Shown here: positions 14,819-23,155 of the stretch, one piece after another
How the letters are laid out: every line of letters begins with the position of its first letter
How positions within the stretch are numbered: position 1 is the stretch's first letter
Virus record (IMG/VR): IMGVR_UViG_3300036856_000021
Span: 1 to 35,699 of that record
DNA from: a virus
Taxonomy: Duplodnaviria; Caudoviricetes
Length of the DNA stretch: 35,699 bases
Reading direction: 5' to 3' (one strand)
Notes under the pieces: generated by a model
Told to the model about the DNA's origin: nothing
What the model saw: only the letters and a program-made list of their open reading frames with translations
Database searches by the model: none
Position numbers and translations under genes: made by a program

Positions 14819-17121
14819 CGATGCAGCAGATCAACGGCGCAACGCAGATCAAGTCCGCCACGATCACCACTTCCCAGCTGGCCACCTCGGCGGGCATTAC
14901 GGACGGTCAGCTCGCCAACAGCTACCTCTACGCCAACGGCTCCCGGGCACTCTCCAGTGCGCTCTCAGCGGGTAGTAACCAGATCAACAACCTGGCCAAC
15001 GGTGTCGCCTCCACCGACGCGGTCAACCTCGGCCAGGTCCAGTCGCTCATCCAGGGCATCGGCGCCAAGTACTCAGCGCAGTGCGCCACCACGGGTGCTG
15101 AGACCTTCACCATCGCCAGTGGTAACGTCACGCAGATTTCCGGCACCACCGTCGACGGCTACTCCCCCTCAGTCAACGACTACATCCTCATCAAGGACGC
15201 ACCCGCCACCACCGGCGCGGGGTCTGTCGCCTCGACCCAGCCGGGTAACGGCCTCTACCAGGTGACGGGAAACACCACCAACCTCTCCGTCTCACGCGCC
15301 GCCGACATGTCGGGCAGCAACGCACCCGAGGGCGCCTTCACGTTCGTGGAGTCCGGTACGGCCAACGGCTCCTCTGGCTGGGTGGTCTCGAGTCCGTCTG
15401 CTGACACTGCCTTCACGTATGGCACCACGGCGATGAAGTGGACCCAGTTCTCCGGCGCGGGGGAAATCACCGTCGCCAACGTGCTGGCTAAGAGCGGCAA
15501 CCAGCTCTCCATCGCGTCCATGTCCACCGGCACTTTCATCTACGGCAACGGCGGTACGCCGACCATTGGCTCGATGACGGGGGACGTGGCCATCAGCTCA
15601 GCGGGTGCCGCCACCGTCCAGGCCGCCGCCATCACGCTGGCCAAGATGGCGAACCTGGCGGCCAACAGCCTCATCGGTAACACCACCGGCTCCAGTGCTA
15701 CCCCCACCGCCGTGCCGGTCAGCGCCACGCCAGCGGCCAGCACGGTGTCGATGTGGGACACCAACAGTAACCACGGCGCCAACGCCTTCATCGCCAACAC
15801 CGCGAGCGTCACGACGGCGGGTGGCACCACGACGCTGACGATTGCCAGCGCGCAGACGCAGATTTTCACCGGGTCGACCACCCAGACGGTCAAGCTCCCG
15901 ACCACCTCCGTGTTGGCTGGTCAGGAATACGTCCTGGTCAACCAGTCAACGGGCGCCGTCACGGTGCAGTCCTCTGGTGCCAACACCATCGCGACGTTGG
16001 CGGCCAGCACCACGGGTATGTTCACCCCCGTCGTCAGCACGCCGACCACGGCGGCGCACTGGGTTGCCACCGTCGTCGCGGCGGGCAAGGTGCCGACGTT
16101 TCTCAACAACCTCACGCTGGCCGGGACTGATGGTAAGACGCTAACTATCAGCAACAGCCTGACGTTTGCCGGGACTGACGGCACCACGATGACCTTCCCC
16201 GGTACCTCCGACACAGTGGTGACGCTGGCGGCTTCCCAGTCGCTGTCCAGCAAGACGTTCGTCGCTCCAGTACTCGGGACACCAGCCTCGGGCACGCTGA
16301 CGAACTGCACCGGGTTGCCGCTGGCGGGTCTGGCCAGCGGGGCATACAGCACCAGCCCCACGGCGAGCACGCTGGCTGAGTGGGATGGCAGCAAGAACCT
16401 ATCGGCCAACGCCTTCATCCCCGGTATGCAGACAGTGGCCTCAGCCGGTGCCACTACCACGCTGACCGTCACCTCCCCACAGACGACACAGATCACGGGC
16501 AGCACCACGCAGACCGTGGTCTTACCCTCAGGCACCACGCTGGCCAATGGTCAGCAGTACCTCATCACCAACCGCAGCACCGGCGTCGTCACTGTGAACG
16601 AGAACGGCGGCACGCTGTTGCAGACGATGGCCGCGGGGTCGCAGGTGCTGTGCACGCTGATCAACAACAGCACCACGGCGGGCACCTGGGACGCGGCCTA
16701 CTCCCTTGCGGGCGCTGGCGGTGGCACGGTGACGGCGGTGTCGGTGGCCACGGCCAACGGCTTCTCCGGCTCCTCCAGTGGTGGTACCACGCCGCAGTTG
16801 ACCTTGCAGACCTCCGTGGGTTCTGGCCTCGTCGCGTCCAACGGCTCAGGCACTCTGCAGGCGGCCACGGGCGCCAACGTCTGTGCTCCATCAACGGGGC
16901 ATGGTCTGGCTAACCGTGAGACGCCCACTGGGACAATCAACAGCTCCAACACCTCGTTCACGCTGGCCAACACGCCCGTGTCGGGAACCGAGATGTTGTT
17001 CCAGAACGGCATCCTGCTGGTAGCCGGGTCCGGTAAGGACTACACCATCTCGACTGCCACCATCACCTTTACCACCGCCCCGGCAACCGGAGATGTTCTC
17101 CTCGCAACCTACTGGTACTGA
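14815..17121 (+). CDS. Ser/Thr/Gly/Ala-rich fibre or adhesin-like virion protein
   Basis: 768 aa. Trimeric-adhesin neck-like INNLANGVASTDAVNLGQV, a phage-fibre domain (NGLY...SRAAD...GAFTFVESGT...WTQFSGAG), two ~110-aa internal repeats and a C-terminal beta-sandwich. Confidence 0.8.
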   Translation: MTMQQINGATQIKSATITTSQLATSAGITDGQLANSYLYANGSRALSSALSAGSNQINNLANGVASTDAVNLGQVQSLIQGIGAKYSAQCATTGAETFTIASGNVTQISGTTVDGYSPSVNDYILIKDAPATTGAGSVASTQPGNGLYQVTGNTTNLSVSRAADMSGSNAPEGAFTFVESGTANGSSGWVVSSPSADTAFTYGTTAMKWTQFSGAGEITVANVLAKSGNQLSIASMSTGTFIYGNGGTPTIGSMTGDVAISSAGAATVQAAAITLAKMANLAANSLIGNTTGSSATPTAVPVSATPAASTVSMWDTNSNHGANAFIANTASVTTAGGTTTLTIASAQTQIFTGSTTQTVKLPTTSVLAGQEYVLVNQSTGAVTVQSSGANTIATLAASTTGMFTPVVSTPTTAAHWVATVVAAGKVPTFLNNLTLAGTDGKTLTISNSLTFAGTDGTTMTFPGTSDTVVTLAASQSLSSKTFVAPVLGTPASGTLTNCTGLPLAGLASGAYSTSPTASTLAEWDGSKNLSANAFIPGMQTVASAGATTTLTVTSPQTTQITGSTTQTVVLPSGTTLANGQQYLITNRSTGVVTVNENGGTLLQTMAAGSQVLCTLINNSTTAGTWDAAYSLAGAGGGTVTAVSVATANGFSGSSSGGTTPQLTLQTSVGSGLVASNGSGTLQAATGANVCAPSTGHGLANRETPTGTINSSNTSFTLANTPVSGTEMLFQNGILLVAGSGKDYTISTATITFTTAPATGDVLLATYWY

Positions 17122-18170
17122 TGGCCTACGAAAAGATAAACCCAGCAGAACAGCTGGCGGCCACCGGTACGCCGAGTGCCACCACCTATCTGCGCGGCGA
17201 CAATAGTTGGAACACGCCATCGGGAGGAACGAGCGGGTCGACCACCCCCACGGCCAACACCGCAGCTGAGTGGGATAGCAACCTCAACCTGTCGGCCAAT
17301 GCAGTATTGGAGGGGTTTACCTCTACTGCGACCAGCAGCACGACACTGACGCTGACCATCGCAAGTCATCCGGTCCAGGCGTTCACTACCGGGACAGCGA
17401 ACCAGATAGTCACACTCCCGACTACCTCCGTACCGGTGGGCACGCAATTCCTGCTGGTCAACCTCTCGACCTTCACCGTGACAGTCAACGCCTCGGGCGG
17501 TACCACTGCGGTCACTCTGGCCGCCGGTACCAGTGCAGTCGTGACGGCAAATAGCGCGACGCCCACGACGCCTTCCGGTTGGGATGTCCAGTACGGCGGT
17601 ATCGCCGTCACCACGGGCAAGGTGTTGAACGTCTCCAACACGATGACGTTGTCGGCCACGGATGGAGCCAGCGTCAACCTGTCCAACTTCCCGGTGGCAA
17701 ACCTGGGCGGTGGCACGACCATCGCGGCGACCCAGGCGATTACCACCGCCACGACGCAGACGGTGATTGCGTCCATGGCCATCCCGGCGTCCACCCTGTT
17801 GGCCGGGGACACGTTCAAGCTCAAAGTATTCGCTACTCAGTCCACCAGCAGCACCGTCACGTATCAGATCCGCATTGGCACCCACAACACTTCTGCCGAC
17901 ACGTCTGTCTGTTCCGTCGTGCAGGCGGTAGGTACGGGCGCAACCGGCGCAGCGCACTTCGACGGGCTGTTGACGGTGCGCACCACCGGCGCCAGTGGGA
18001 CGTGCATTGCCTCCGGCATTGCCTATGGCTCCACCACCCCTGTCATCTCCACCGCGACGGCGACGGTGGCGATCAGCACCACGGTGCAGAATTACGTGTC
18101 GGTGTCCGTCGCCAACTCCGCCGGTACGCATACCATCCAGACGGCATTCGTCAGTTGGGCACAAGCATGA
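17121..18170 (+). CDS. Second Thr/Ser-rich fibre-like protein
   Basis: Has the TGTPSATTYLRGDNSW fibre motif and a third copy of the ~110-aa repeat of the upstream protein. Confidence 0.75.
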   Translation: MAYEKINPAEQLAATGTPSATTYLRGDNSWNTPSGGTSGSTTPTANTAAEWDSNLNLSANAVLEGFTSTATSSTTLTLTIASHPVQAFTTGTANQIVTLPTTSVPVGTQFLLVNLSTFTVTVNASGGTTAVTLAAGTSAVVTANSATPTTPSGWDVQYGGIAVTTGKVLNVSNTMTLSATDGASVNLSNFPVANLGGGTTIAATQAITTATTQTVIASMAIPASTLLAGDTFKLKVFATQSTSSTVTYQIRIGTHNTSADTSVCSVVQAVGTGATGAAHFDGLLTVRTTGASGTCIASGIAYGSTTPVISTATATVAISTTVQNYVSVSVANSAGTHTIQTAFVSWAQA

Positions 18171-18838
18171 ACAAATTGGTCCTGGGGATGCCGCTCTACC
18201 ACTGGGTGCCCGCCTACTTCTTCCAGCACTATTTGAACCTCAACCACTCCCCCGTCGTCGCCAATATCACCGTCAACGGCGCGTACATCACGTCGTCGTG
18301 CGAAATCATCGTGGACCAGGCGCTCAGTTTCGAACAGGAGTGGGACAGGCTCGTCATTCTCGAGCACGACGTGTTGCTACCGAATGACGCGCTGGTCCGC
18401 GCCGCGCAATATGGCCCTGAGCACGCGGTCGTCGGTGCCATGATCTTCCAGCACTCCGAACCGCATTCAGCCATGGTGTATGTCGAGCAGCCCGATGGCG
18501 GCGTCCAGACCATCACACCCCAGACGGTCAAGGACTGGTGTGAGGTGCCCATGCTGTACCGGTGTGATGCCACCAGCTTCGGATTCGTCTCCATTGCGCG
18601 CCACGTCTTGGAGAACTGGGACCCGGTCCTGCCGATGTTCACCACCGACCGCGTGCTTGGCTCCCACGACTTGTGGTTCTGCCGCCGAGCCCGGATGCAG
18701 GGCTTTGACGTATTCGTGGATACCGGCGTGGTGTGTGAGCACCTGACGCAAGTTCCCATCGGCATCACGCACAACCAAGCCTGTACTCCCATGGTGGCAC
18801 ATGAGCCGGTGGCCACCTTTTCCTTTGCGGAGGCTTGA
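18167..18838 (+). CDS. Glycosyltransferase, GT-A fold (GT2-like)
   Basis: Starts MNKLVLGMP at an ATGA overlap. DxD-position motif LVILEHDVLLP; C-terminal GSHDLWFCRRARMQGFDVFVDTGVVCEH. Confidence 0.8.
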   Translation: MNKLVLGMPLYHWVPAYFFQHYLNLNHSPVVANITVNGAYITSSCEIIVDQALSFEQEWDRLVILEHDVLLPNDALVRAAQYGPEHAVVGAMIFQHSEPHSAMVYVEQPDGGVQTITPQTVKDWCEVPMLYRCDATSFGFVSIARHVLENWDPVLPMFTTDRVLGSHDLWFCRRARMQGFDVFVDTGVVCEHLTQVPIGITHNQACTPMVAHEPVATFSFAEA

Positions 18839-19620
18839 TGGCTGGGTTGCCCGCCGGCGCACCCTTTCCTCCCCTTCCTGACGTGTATGTCGCCGACTAC
18901 TCCGCAACCTTGGGTCAGGGCTGCATCTACAAGCTCGGTGGCGGCGCCGGGGCCCAGCAAACGTTTGTCGGGCCGGGTGTCGCGGGGTACGTCCAGGGCG
19001 TCACGGTGGACACCAACGGCGTCGTGTACTGGGCCAACACCGGTGCTGTAGCACAGCAGACGCAAGCCGGGGTGGAGAGCGGCATCGGCTTTACTGGCAC
19101 GGGCAGGCCGGTGGGTATTGCGGTCGATTCGTCGTTCAGCGTGTACATCACGGACCTCACCAACAAGGCGGTCTACAAGCGCACCTCGGGGGGCACGCAG
19201 ACCACGCTCGGATTCACCGGCTTGGCCGCGCCGACTGATGTCGCCGTCGACTCCTCGGGCAACGTCTATGTCAGCGACTCCACCAACAACGCGGTGTACA
19301 AACTCGCCGGCGGCACGCAGACCACACTCGGGTTCACCAGCCTGAGTTCGCCCTATGGGGTAGCGGTGGATTCTTCGGGCAACGTGTATGCCACGTCGTA
19401 CACGCCCGCCATTTACAAGCTGACCCCCGGCGGCACGCAGACCAACCTGGGGTTCACCGGACTCAATGCGCCCATCGGGGTCGCGGTGGACACCTACGGG
19501 AACGTCTACGCCACGGAGAACACCTACCAGCGGATTTTTATGAGAACCCCGGGCGGCGTGCAAACCACACTGGGATTCACCAACCTGGCATATCCTTGGG
19601 GCGTAGCAACGAGCTTCTGA
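18838..19620 (+). CDS. NHL-repeat beta-propeller resembling the PknD sensor domain
   Basis: About six ~40-aa repeats of QTTLGFTGL..P.GVAVDSSGNVY; TGATG overlap with the GT gene. Confidence 0.88.
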   Translation: MAGLPAGAPFPPLPDVYVADYSATLGQGCIYKLGGGAGAQQTFVGPGVAGYVQGVTVDTNGVVYWANTGAVAQQTQAGVESGIGFTGTGRPVGIAVDSSFSVYITDLTNKAVYKRTSGGTQTTLGFTGLAAPTDVAVDSSGNVYVSDSTNNAVYKLAGGTQTTLGFTSLSSPYGVAVDSSGNVYATSYTPAIYKLTPGGTQTNLGFTGLNAPIGVAVDTYGNVYATENTYQRIFMRTPGGVQTTLGFTNLAYPWGVATSF

Positions 19621-19632
19621 GTAGGAATCGGT

Positions 19633-20046
19633 GTGACGTCGATCTTTCCCTCGCCCTACCGGGTGGTCCACATCGCCCGGTATATCGACGAGGACCAGAT
19701 CGACCCTGACACCGGCAACGCGGCCATCGTGGCGGACCCACCGGTGGTGCGCAAGGTGCAATCCATCAGCCAGTTCGGACGCCGTGGGTCCAGCCATGAA
19801 GTGATCTCGTCTGAGTATGAACTGCGGACGCAGACCGAGATCCACCTGAGTGTCGCCAACCCTGAGGTCTACGCGCCCGACGACCAGGTGCTCCTCAATG
19901 CGGAGTTCACCAGTTCGGGACAATATGTGTCGGGAACGGGAACCGCATATTGGGTTGATGGGAATCCCGCGGATTCACGGCAGGGACCATGGCCTCAATA
20001 CTTGGCTGTCTTCGGCGGGGTAGTTAAGCTCCGTCGCATCACGTGA
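19633..20046 (+). CDS. Putative head-to-tail stopper
   Basis: Size, position and pattern D..TGN...DQV...YWVDG.P.D...GPW...GGVVKLRRIT are typical of actinophage stoppers. Confidence 0.7.
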   Translation: MTSIFPSPYRVVHIARYIDEDQIDPDTGNAAIVADPPVVRKVQSISQFGRRGSSHEVISSEYELRTQTEIHLSVANPEVYAPDDQVLLNAEFTSSGQYVSGTGTAYWVDGNPADSRQGPWPQYLAVFGGVVKLRRIT

Positions 20047-20183
20047 GGCGCTGGTCAGGCGGGGGCGACGACGCCAGTATCTTTGCTTCCGGGGCCACGG
20101 TTGTCGCCGCCCTTGACGACCGCCACGACTTCACCAGCGCGCGTTTACTGCGCTTGGAGTGGCTTCTGCGGCATCATTAACGA

Positions 20184-20603
20184 ATGACCGAGGCCTGGGG
20201 CGATCCCGCCGGTGGCGATGACGTCCCGGGAGAATCTGCCCTGGGGCAACGTATCGACCTCGGTAATGGCGATTACATGGTGCTCAATCTCGAGCTCACC
20301 AAGCACGAGCTACTCCACAGCGAGGAGGCTGTTGAAGCCGTCATGGCGCGTGCCCAACTCATCTGCGACGACGCCAACGGCCAGGTGCCGGGCAGTGACA
20401 AGCTCTACACCATCACGTTGCAGAACGACATGCAGTACACCAGGACCAGGGCTCGTGTGCGGCCTGCCAACCTTCCCGACCCCAACACCGGCAAGATGAC
20501 GCCTATCCGTGGCATCGCGCATGACGCCAAGTACTCCACGCTCCTGCACGCGATGGCCAATCATCCGAGTGATCCCATACCTACGGGCGAAGAAGCCTGG
20601 TGA
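20184..20603 (+). CDS. Putative neck/tail-completion protein
   Basis: Lies between stopper and terminator. LLHSEE...RAQ.I...AN...RARVRP...A.Y.TLL.A pattern. Confidence 0.6.
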   Translation: MTEAWGDPAGGDDVPGESALGQRIDLGNGDYMVLNLELTKHELLHSEEAVEAVMARAQLICDDANGQVPGSDKLYTITLQNDMQYTRTRARVRPANLPDPNTGKMTPIRGIAHDAKYSTLLHAMANHPSDPIPTGEEAW

Positions 20604-21193
20604 CCCAATCCCCGTACCCCACCATTCAGCCACCTCCGATAGGCGGCTTGGCACAGGCGTACTTTGAGCCACTGATGGCACCGACACCGGTGGCCACGCG
20701 GGTGCCCCAGCCGACCGAGACCGCCGATACGATCAACGGCTTCCTGCGCGTCGAGGCCGGCGGCGGTGCCATCATGGGCAACCAAGTCTTGTTCAACGCC
20801 AGCATCATCCTGCACTCCTATGCGTCCAACAACCAGGAATCGCTTGCCGAGCAACTGATGGTCCAGGCCATTGCCTACGGGAGCAATGCGCAGGGGTGCA
20901 CCATCGTGCACCCGTCCAGCGCCATCCCGTACTTCATCTGCTTCTCCACCGCGACGGCGCTGGCAATGAAACAAGAAGATCCACTGGTCAACCTGGTGCG
21001 CTTTCGCGCGATGGTGACGTGGCGACTCCAGGGCGTGCCGGTGTCGACACCCGTCACCGGGGGCCGCCTCGCTTCCTCGCGACCAGGTGGTCAGGGCGCA
21101 CGCACAACCGGTTCTCACACACCTGTGCCACCACCCATCCCACCGGGGGTGGTCCGTACGCCATCGCGTAGGCGAGGCGGTGGACGTAAATGA
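20600..21193 (+). CDS. Tail terminator
   Basis: PVATRVP...FLRVEAGGG...ILHSYA...DP...LVRFRAMVTW; located before the major tail gene. Confidence 0.8.
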   Translation: MTQSPYPTIQPPPIGGLAQAYFEPLMAPTPVATRVPQPTETADTINGFLRVEAGGGAIMGNQVLFNASIILHSYASNNQESLAEQLMVQAIAYGSNAQGCTIVHPSSAIPYFICFSTATALAMKQEDPLVNLVRFRAMVTWRLQGVPVSTPVTGGRLASSRPGGQGARTTGSHTPVPPPIPPGVVRTPSRRRGGGRK

Positions 21194-21470
21194 GCTTGTG
21201 TCCTGAGCGGATGACGCCGTAGCCACTGGGGTGCACGCAGCCCGTCCAGACGTGACACGCTCCCAGTTCAGCCACCATGATGGGTCCGAACATCTTGACG
21301 CTGTTGATGAACCGGTCCTCGAGCGTGGCGTGCTTGCCGATCTTGCCCACCGGGCCGGGGCCGCCATAGGTCAGGACCCGCTTGTAGTGCATGGCGCAGT
21401 AGCCCTGCCGAAATCGTTCCTCTGGGCAACCGGGGACGCGGCATGGCGAAACACCGGGACCAGCCTGCAC
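21054..21470 (-). CDS. HNH (His-Me finger) endonuclease-like protein, apparently degenerate
   Basis: N-terminal C..PGC...GYCAMHY zinc finger, then CHVWTG...GYG...VHRLAY...GPPPVG..VAQVCENRLCVRPDHL. Start uncertain (GTG at 21470 or up to 21566). Confidence 0.75.
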   Translation of the reverse strand: MQAGPGVSPCRVPGCPEERFRQGYCAMHYKRVLTYGGPGPVGKIGKHATLEDRFINSVKMFGPIMVAELGACHVWTGCVHPSGYGVIRSGHKLIYVHRLAYAMAYGPPPVGWVVAQVCENRLCVRPDHLVARKRGGPR

Positions 21471-21594
21471 GCTTCTACCTGCACCATGAAACGAAGTTCT
21501 CTCACGGTACCTCCCTAGGGTGTTTTGCGGTTTCCCTGAGGGGAGATAGGTGTCATGCTCGTTCACGGATGGACATGACCGGGAGGCCCACCAT

Positions 21595-22248
21595 ATGACA
21601 ACCGTCCTTCAGCCGGACCTGATTACCGAAGTACAGGAGATCGCGGCACCGCTGCCAAAGATCACCGGCGGTGTGCTCTACGCGCCGCTGGGTACCGTCA
21701 CCCTACCGACCGATGCGACCAGTCCCGTCGACTCCAACTTCGTCACCCTTGGCCGGGTCAGCGCTGAAGGCGTGGACCGTACCGAGGACCGTGGCCAGGT
21801 CGACGTCTACGACTGGGCCGGAAACCTGATCGCCGTCTTGCAGGACAAGTTCGGCCTGACGCTCAAGTTCAAGCTGCTGCAGCTGATGAACTACGACGTC
21901 CAGAGTGCGGCGCACGGTACGGCGAACGTGTCGGTGACTGCGCCGACCAGCACGGCGGGTACCACGATCAAGTCGAAGATCAACGCGCTGTTGCTGAACA
22001 GCGGCGTGTGGGTCATCGACGCCTACTACAACCTGATGTCGATGCGGCTGGTCGTCCCCAATGGCCGTCCGACGTTGATCGGCCCGATGCGGTGGGTCAA
22101 CAAGGAAATCGCGGCAGTGGAGATCACGCTTCGACCCTTTCCCGACAACTACAACAACCACGCCTATGAGTATTGGAACGACGGACTCCCCCTGGGCGCT
22201 TCGGGGGCCGGCGATTCTGGTACGTCACAGACCGTGGGTAATGAATAG
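21595..22248 (+). CDS. Major tail (tube) protein
   Basis: GGVLYAPLGT..LPTDA...F..LG.VS.EGV...DWAG is an actinophage tail-tube pattern. GGGAGG RBS; precedes the chaperones and tape measure gene. Confidence 0.9.
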   Translation: MTTVLQPDLITEVQEIAAPLPKITGGVLYAPLGTVTLPTDATSPVDSNFVTLGRVSAEGVDRTEDRGQVDVYDWAGNLIAVLQDKFGLTLKFKLLQLMNYDVQSAAHGTANVSVTAPTSTAGTTIKSKINALLLNSGVWVIDAYYNLMSMRLVVPNGRPTLIGPMRWVNKEIAAVEITLRPFPDNYNNHAYEYWNDGLPLGASGAGDSGTSQTVGNE

Positions 22249-22250
22249 CC

Positions 22251-22760
22251 GTGACTACGGCAAAGAGTCCCCAGAAGCGGGCGGCCCCTAGAAAGGCCGC
22301 CCGCTCCAGGGCAAAGAATTCCACCGAAACGCTGGGCAACGGCCTGGTCCAGGGTGTTACGCAGGACGTCCAGAACGGCAACGGGAACGGGAACGGGAAC
22401 GCGGCGGACTACCAGCCGCCGACTGACCTTCGTCCACCGGAGGAGGTCAAGCCAGCAGCACCACCGCCGCACCCGATATACGGCAAGCGCCTGCTGTACA
22501 AGTACACGCCCAAGGACGGCTCGACGAGCATCGACTTCCCGCACATCAACACGGTGCGCACCGACCCCAAGTTCTACTGGAAGATCTACGGCCTGAACGA
22601 GATGTTCCAGGCGTTCGAGTGGATGAACCAAGCGGGGGTGCCGCGCGAGATCCAAGAGCGCGTCATGGACTTGCCCGACGCCGAAAAGACTGTGTTCTTC
22701 GATGGCTGGTTCGCCGCTGTTACCCAGCCAGAGGGAGTAGGACCGCCGGGGGAATCGTGA
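22251..22760 (+). CDS. Tail assembly chaperone (short form)
   Basis: Lies between major tail and tape measure genes and ends PGES at a slippery site. Confidence 0.85.
   Translation: MTTAKSPQKRAAPRKAARSRAKNSTETLGNGLVQGVTQDVQNGNGNGNGNAADYQPPTDLRPPEEVKPAAPPPHPIYGKRLLYKYTPKDGSTSIDFPHINTVRTDPKFYWKIYGLNEMFQAFEWMNQAGVPREIQERVMDLPDAEKTVFFDGWFAAVTQPEGVGPPGES
22748..22754 (+). other. Programmed -1 ribosomal frameshift site G-GGG-GAA
   Basis: GGGGGAA is in the correct phase just before the stop. The -1 frame stays open to 23155. Confidence 0.85.
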
Positions 22761-23155
22761 TGCTGGCGCGAGTAGTGGGTCAGTATTGGCACGCGCTGGT
22801 GCGAGACGTTCTCGCCTTGGGATATCGCACTGCTGACATGTTCACCACGCTCACACTCGCCGACATGGTGTCCATCGTCGTGGGCTCCCCGCCCACCAGC
22901 AGTGTCAAGCACTTCCTCGACGGCGGGTGGACCCGCACCGACCACCTGATTGCCAATATGCAAGAGGGTCAGCTGGGATTGAAGGAGATGTCGGAGCCCT
23001 ACAGCCGCCCGACTGCCCCTGCGCCCCAGGATGACGTCGACGGTGCACTGCTACGGACCTTCCAGGCCGACACCATGGAGTGGCTTGAGTTTGACCGGCT
23101 ACAAGAACTTCGCGCGACCGCCCCTGTTGGCAAGGCTCATGTGAGGACGATATGA
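22754..23155 (+). CDS. Tail assembly chaperone, frameshifted C-terminal extension
   Basis: -1 frame ORF (WHALVRDVLALG...WTRTDHLIAN...RP) overlapping the tape measure start. Confidence 0.8.
   Translation: MVMLARVVGQYWHALVRDVLALGYRTADMFTTLTLADMVSIVVGSPPTSSVKHFLDGGWTRTDHLIANMQEGQLGLKEMSEPYSRPTAPAPQDDVDGALLRTFQADTMEWLEFDRLQELRATAPVGKAHVRTI

Noticed and set aside
17579-18166. N-terminal extension of the glycosyltransferase in the ORF track (419 aa)
   Set aside because: It is an alternative frame of the fibre gene; the ATG at 18167 overlapping the fibre stop is the plausible start.
19100-19610. ~120-bp periodic repeats as a CRISPR array or DGR template/variable repeats
   Set aside because: They are degenerate in-frame NHL coding repeats. 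There are no identical repeats with unique spacers, no cas gene and no reverse transcriptase.
17109-19923. Long minus-strand ORFs 17109-18164 and 18229-19923
   Set aside because: They are antisense to the fibre, GT and NHL genes; their periodicity only mirrors the NHL repeats.
20043-20180. 45-aa plus-strand ORF or hairpin between the stopper and neck genes
   Set aside because: The GTGA overlap is suggestive, but there are no motifs and the possible stem (GGCGACGAC/GTTGTCGCC) is imperfect with a long loop. Not enough support either way.
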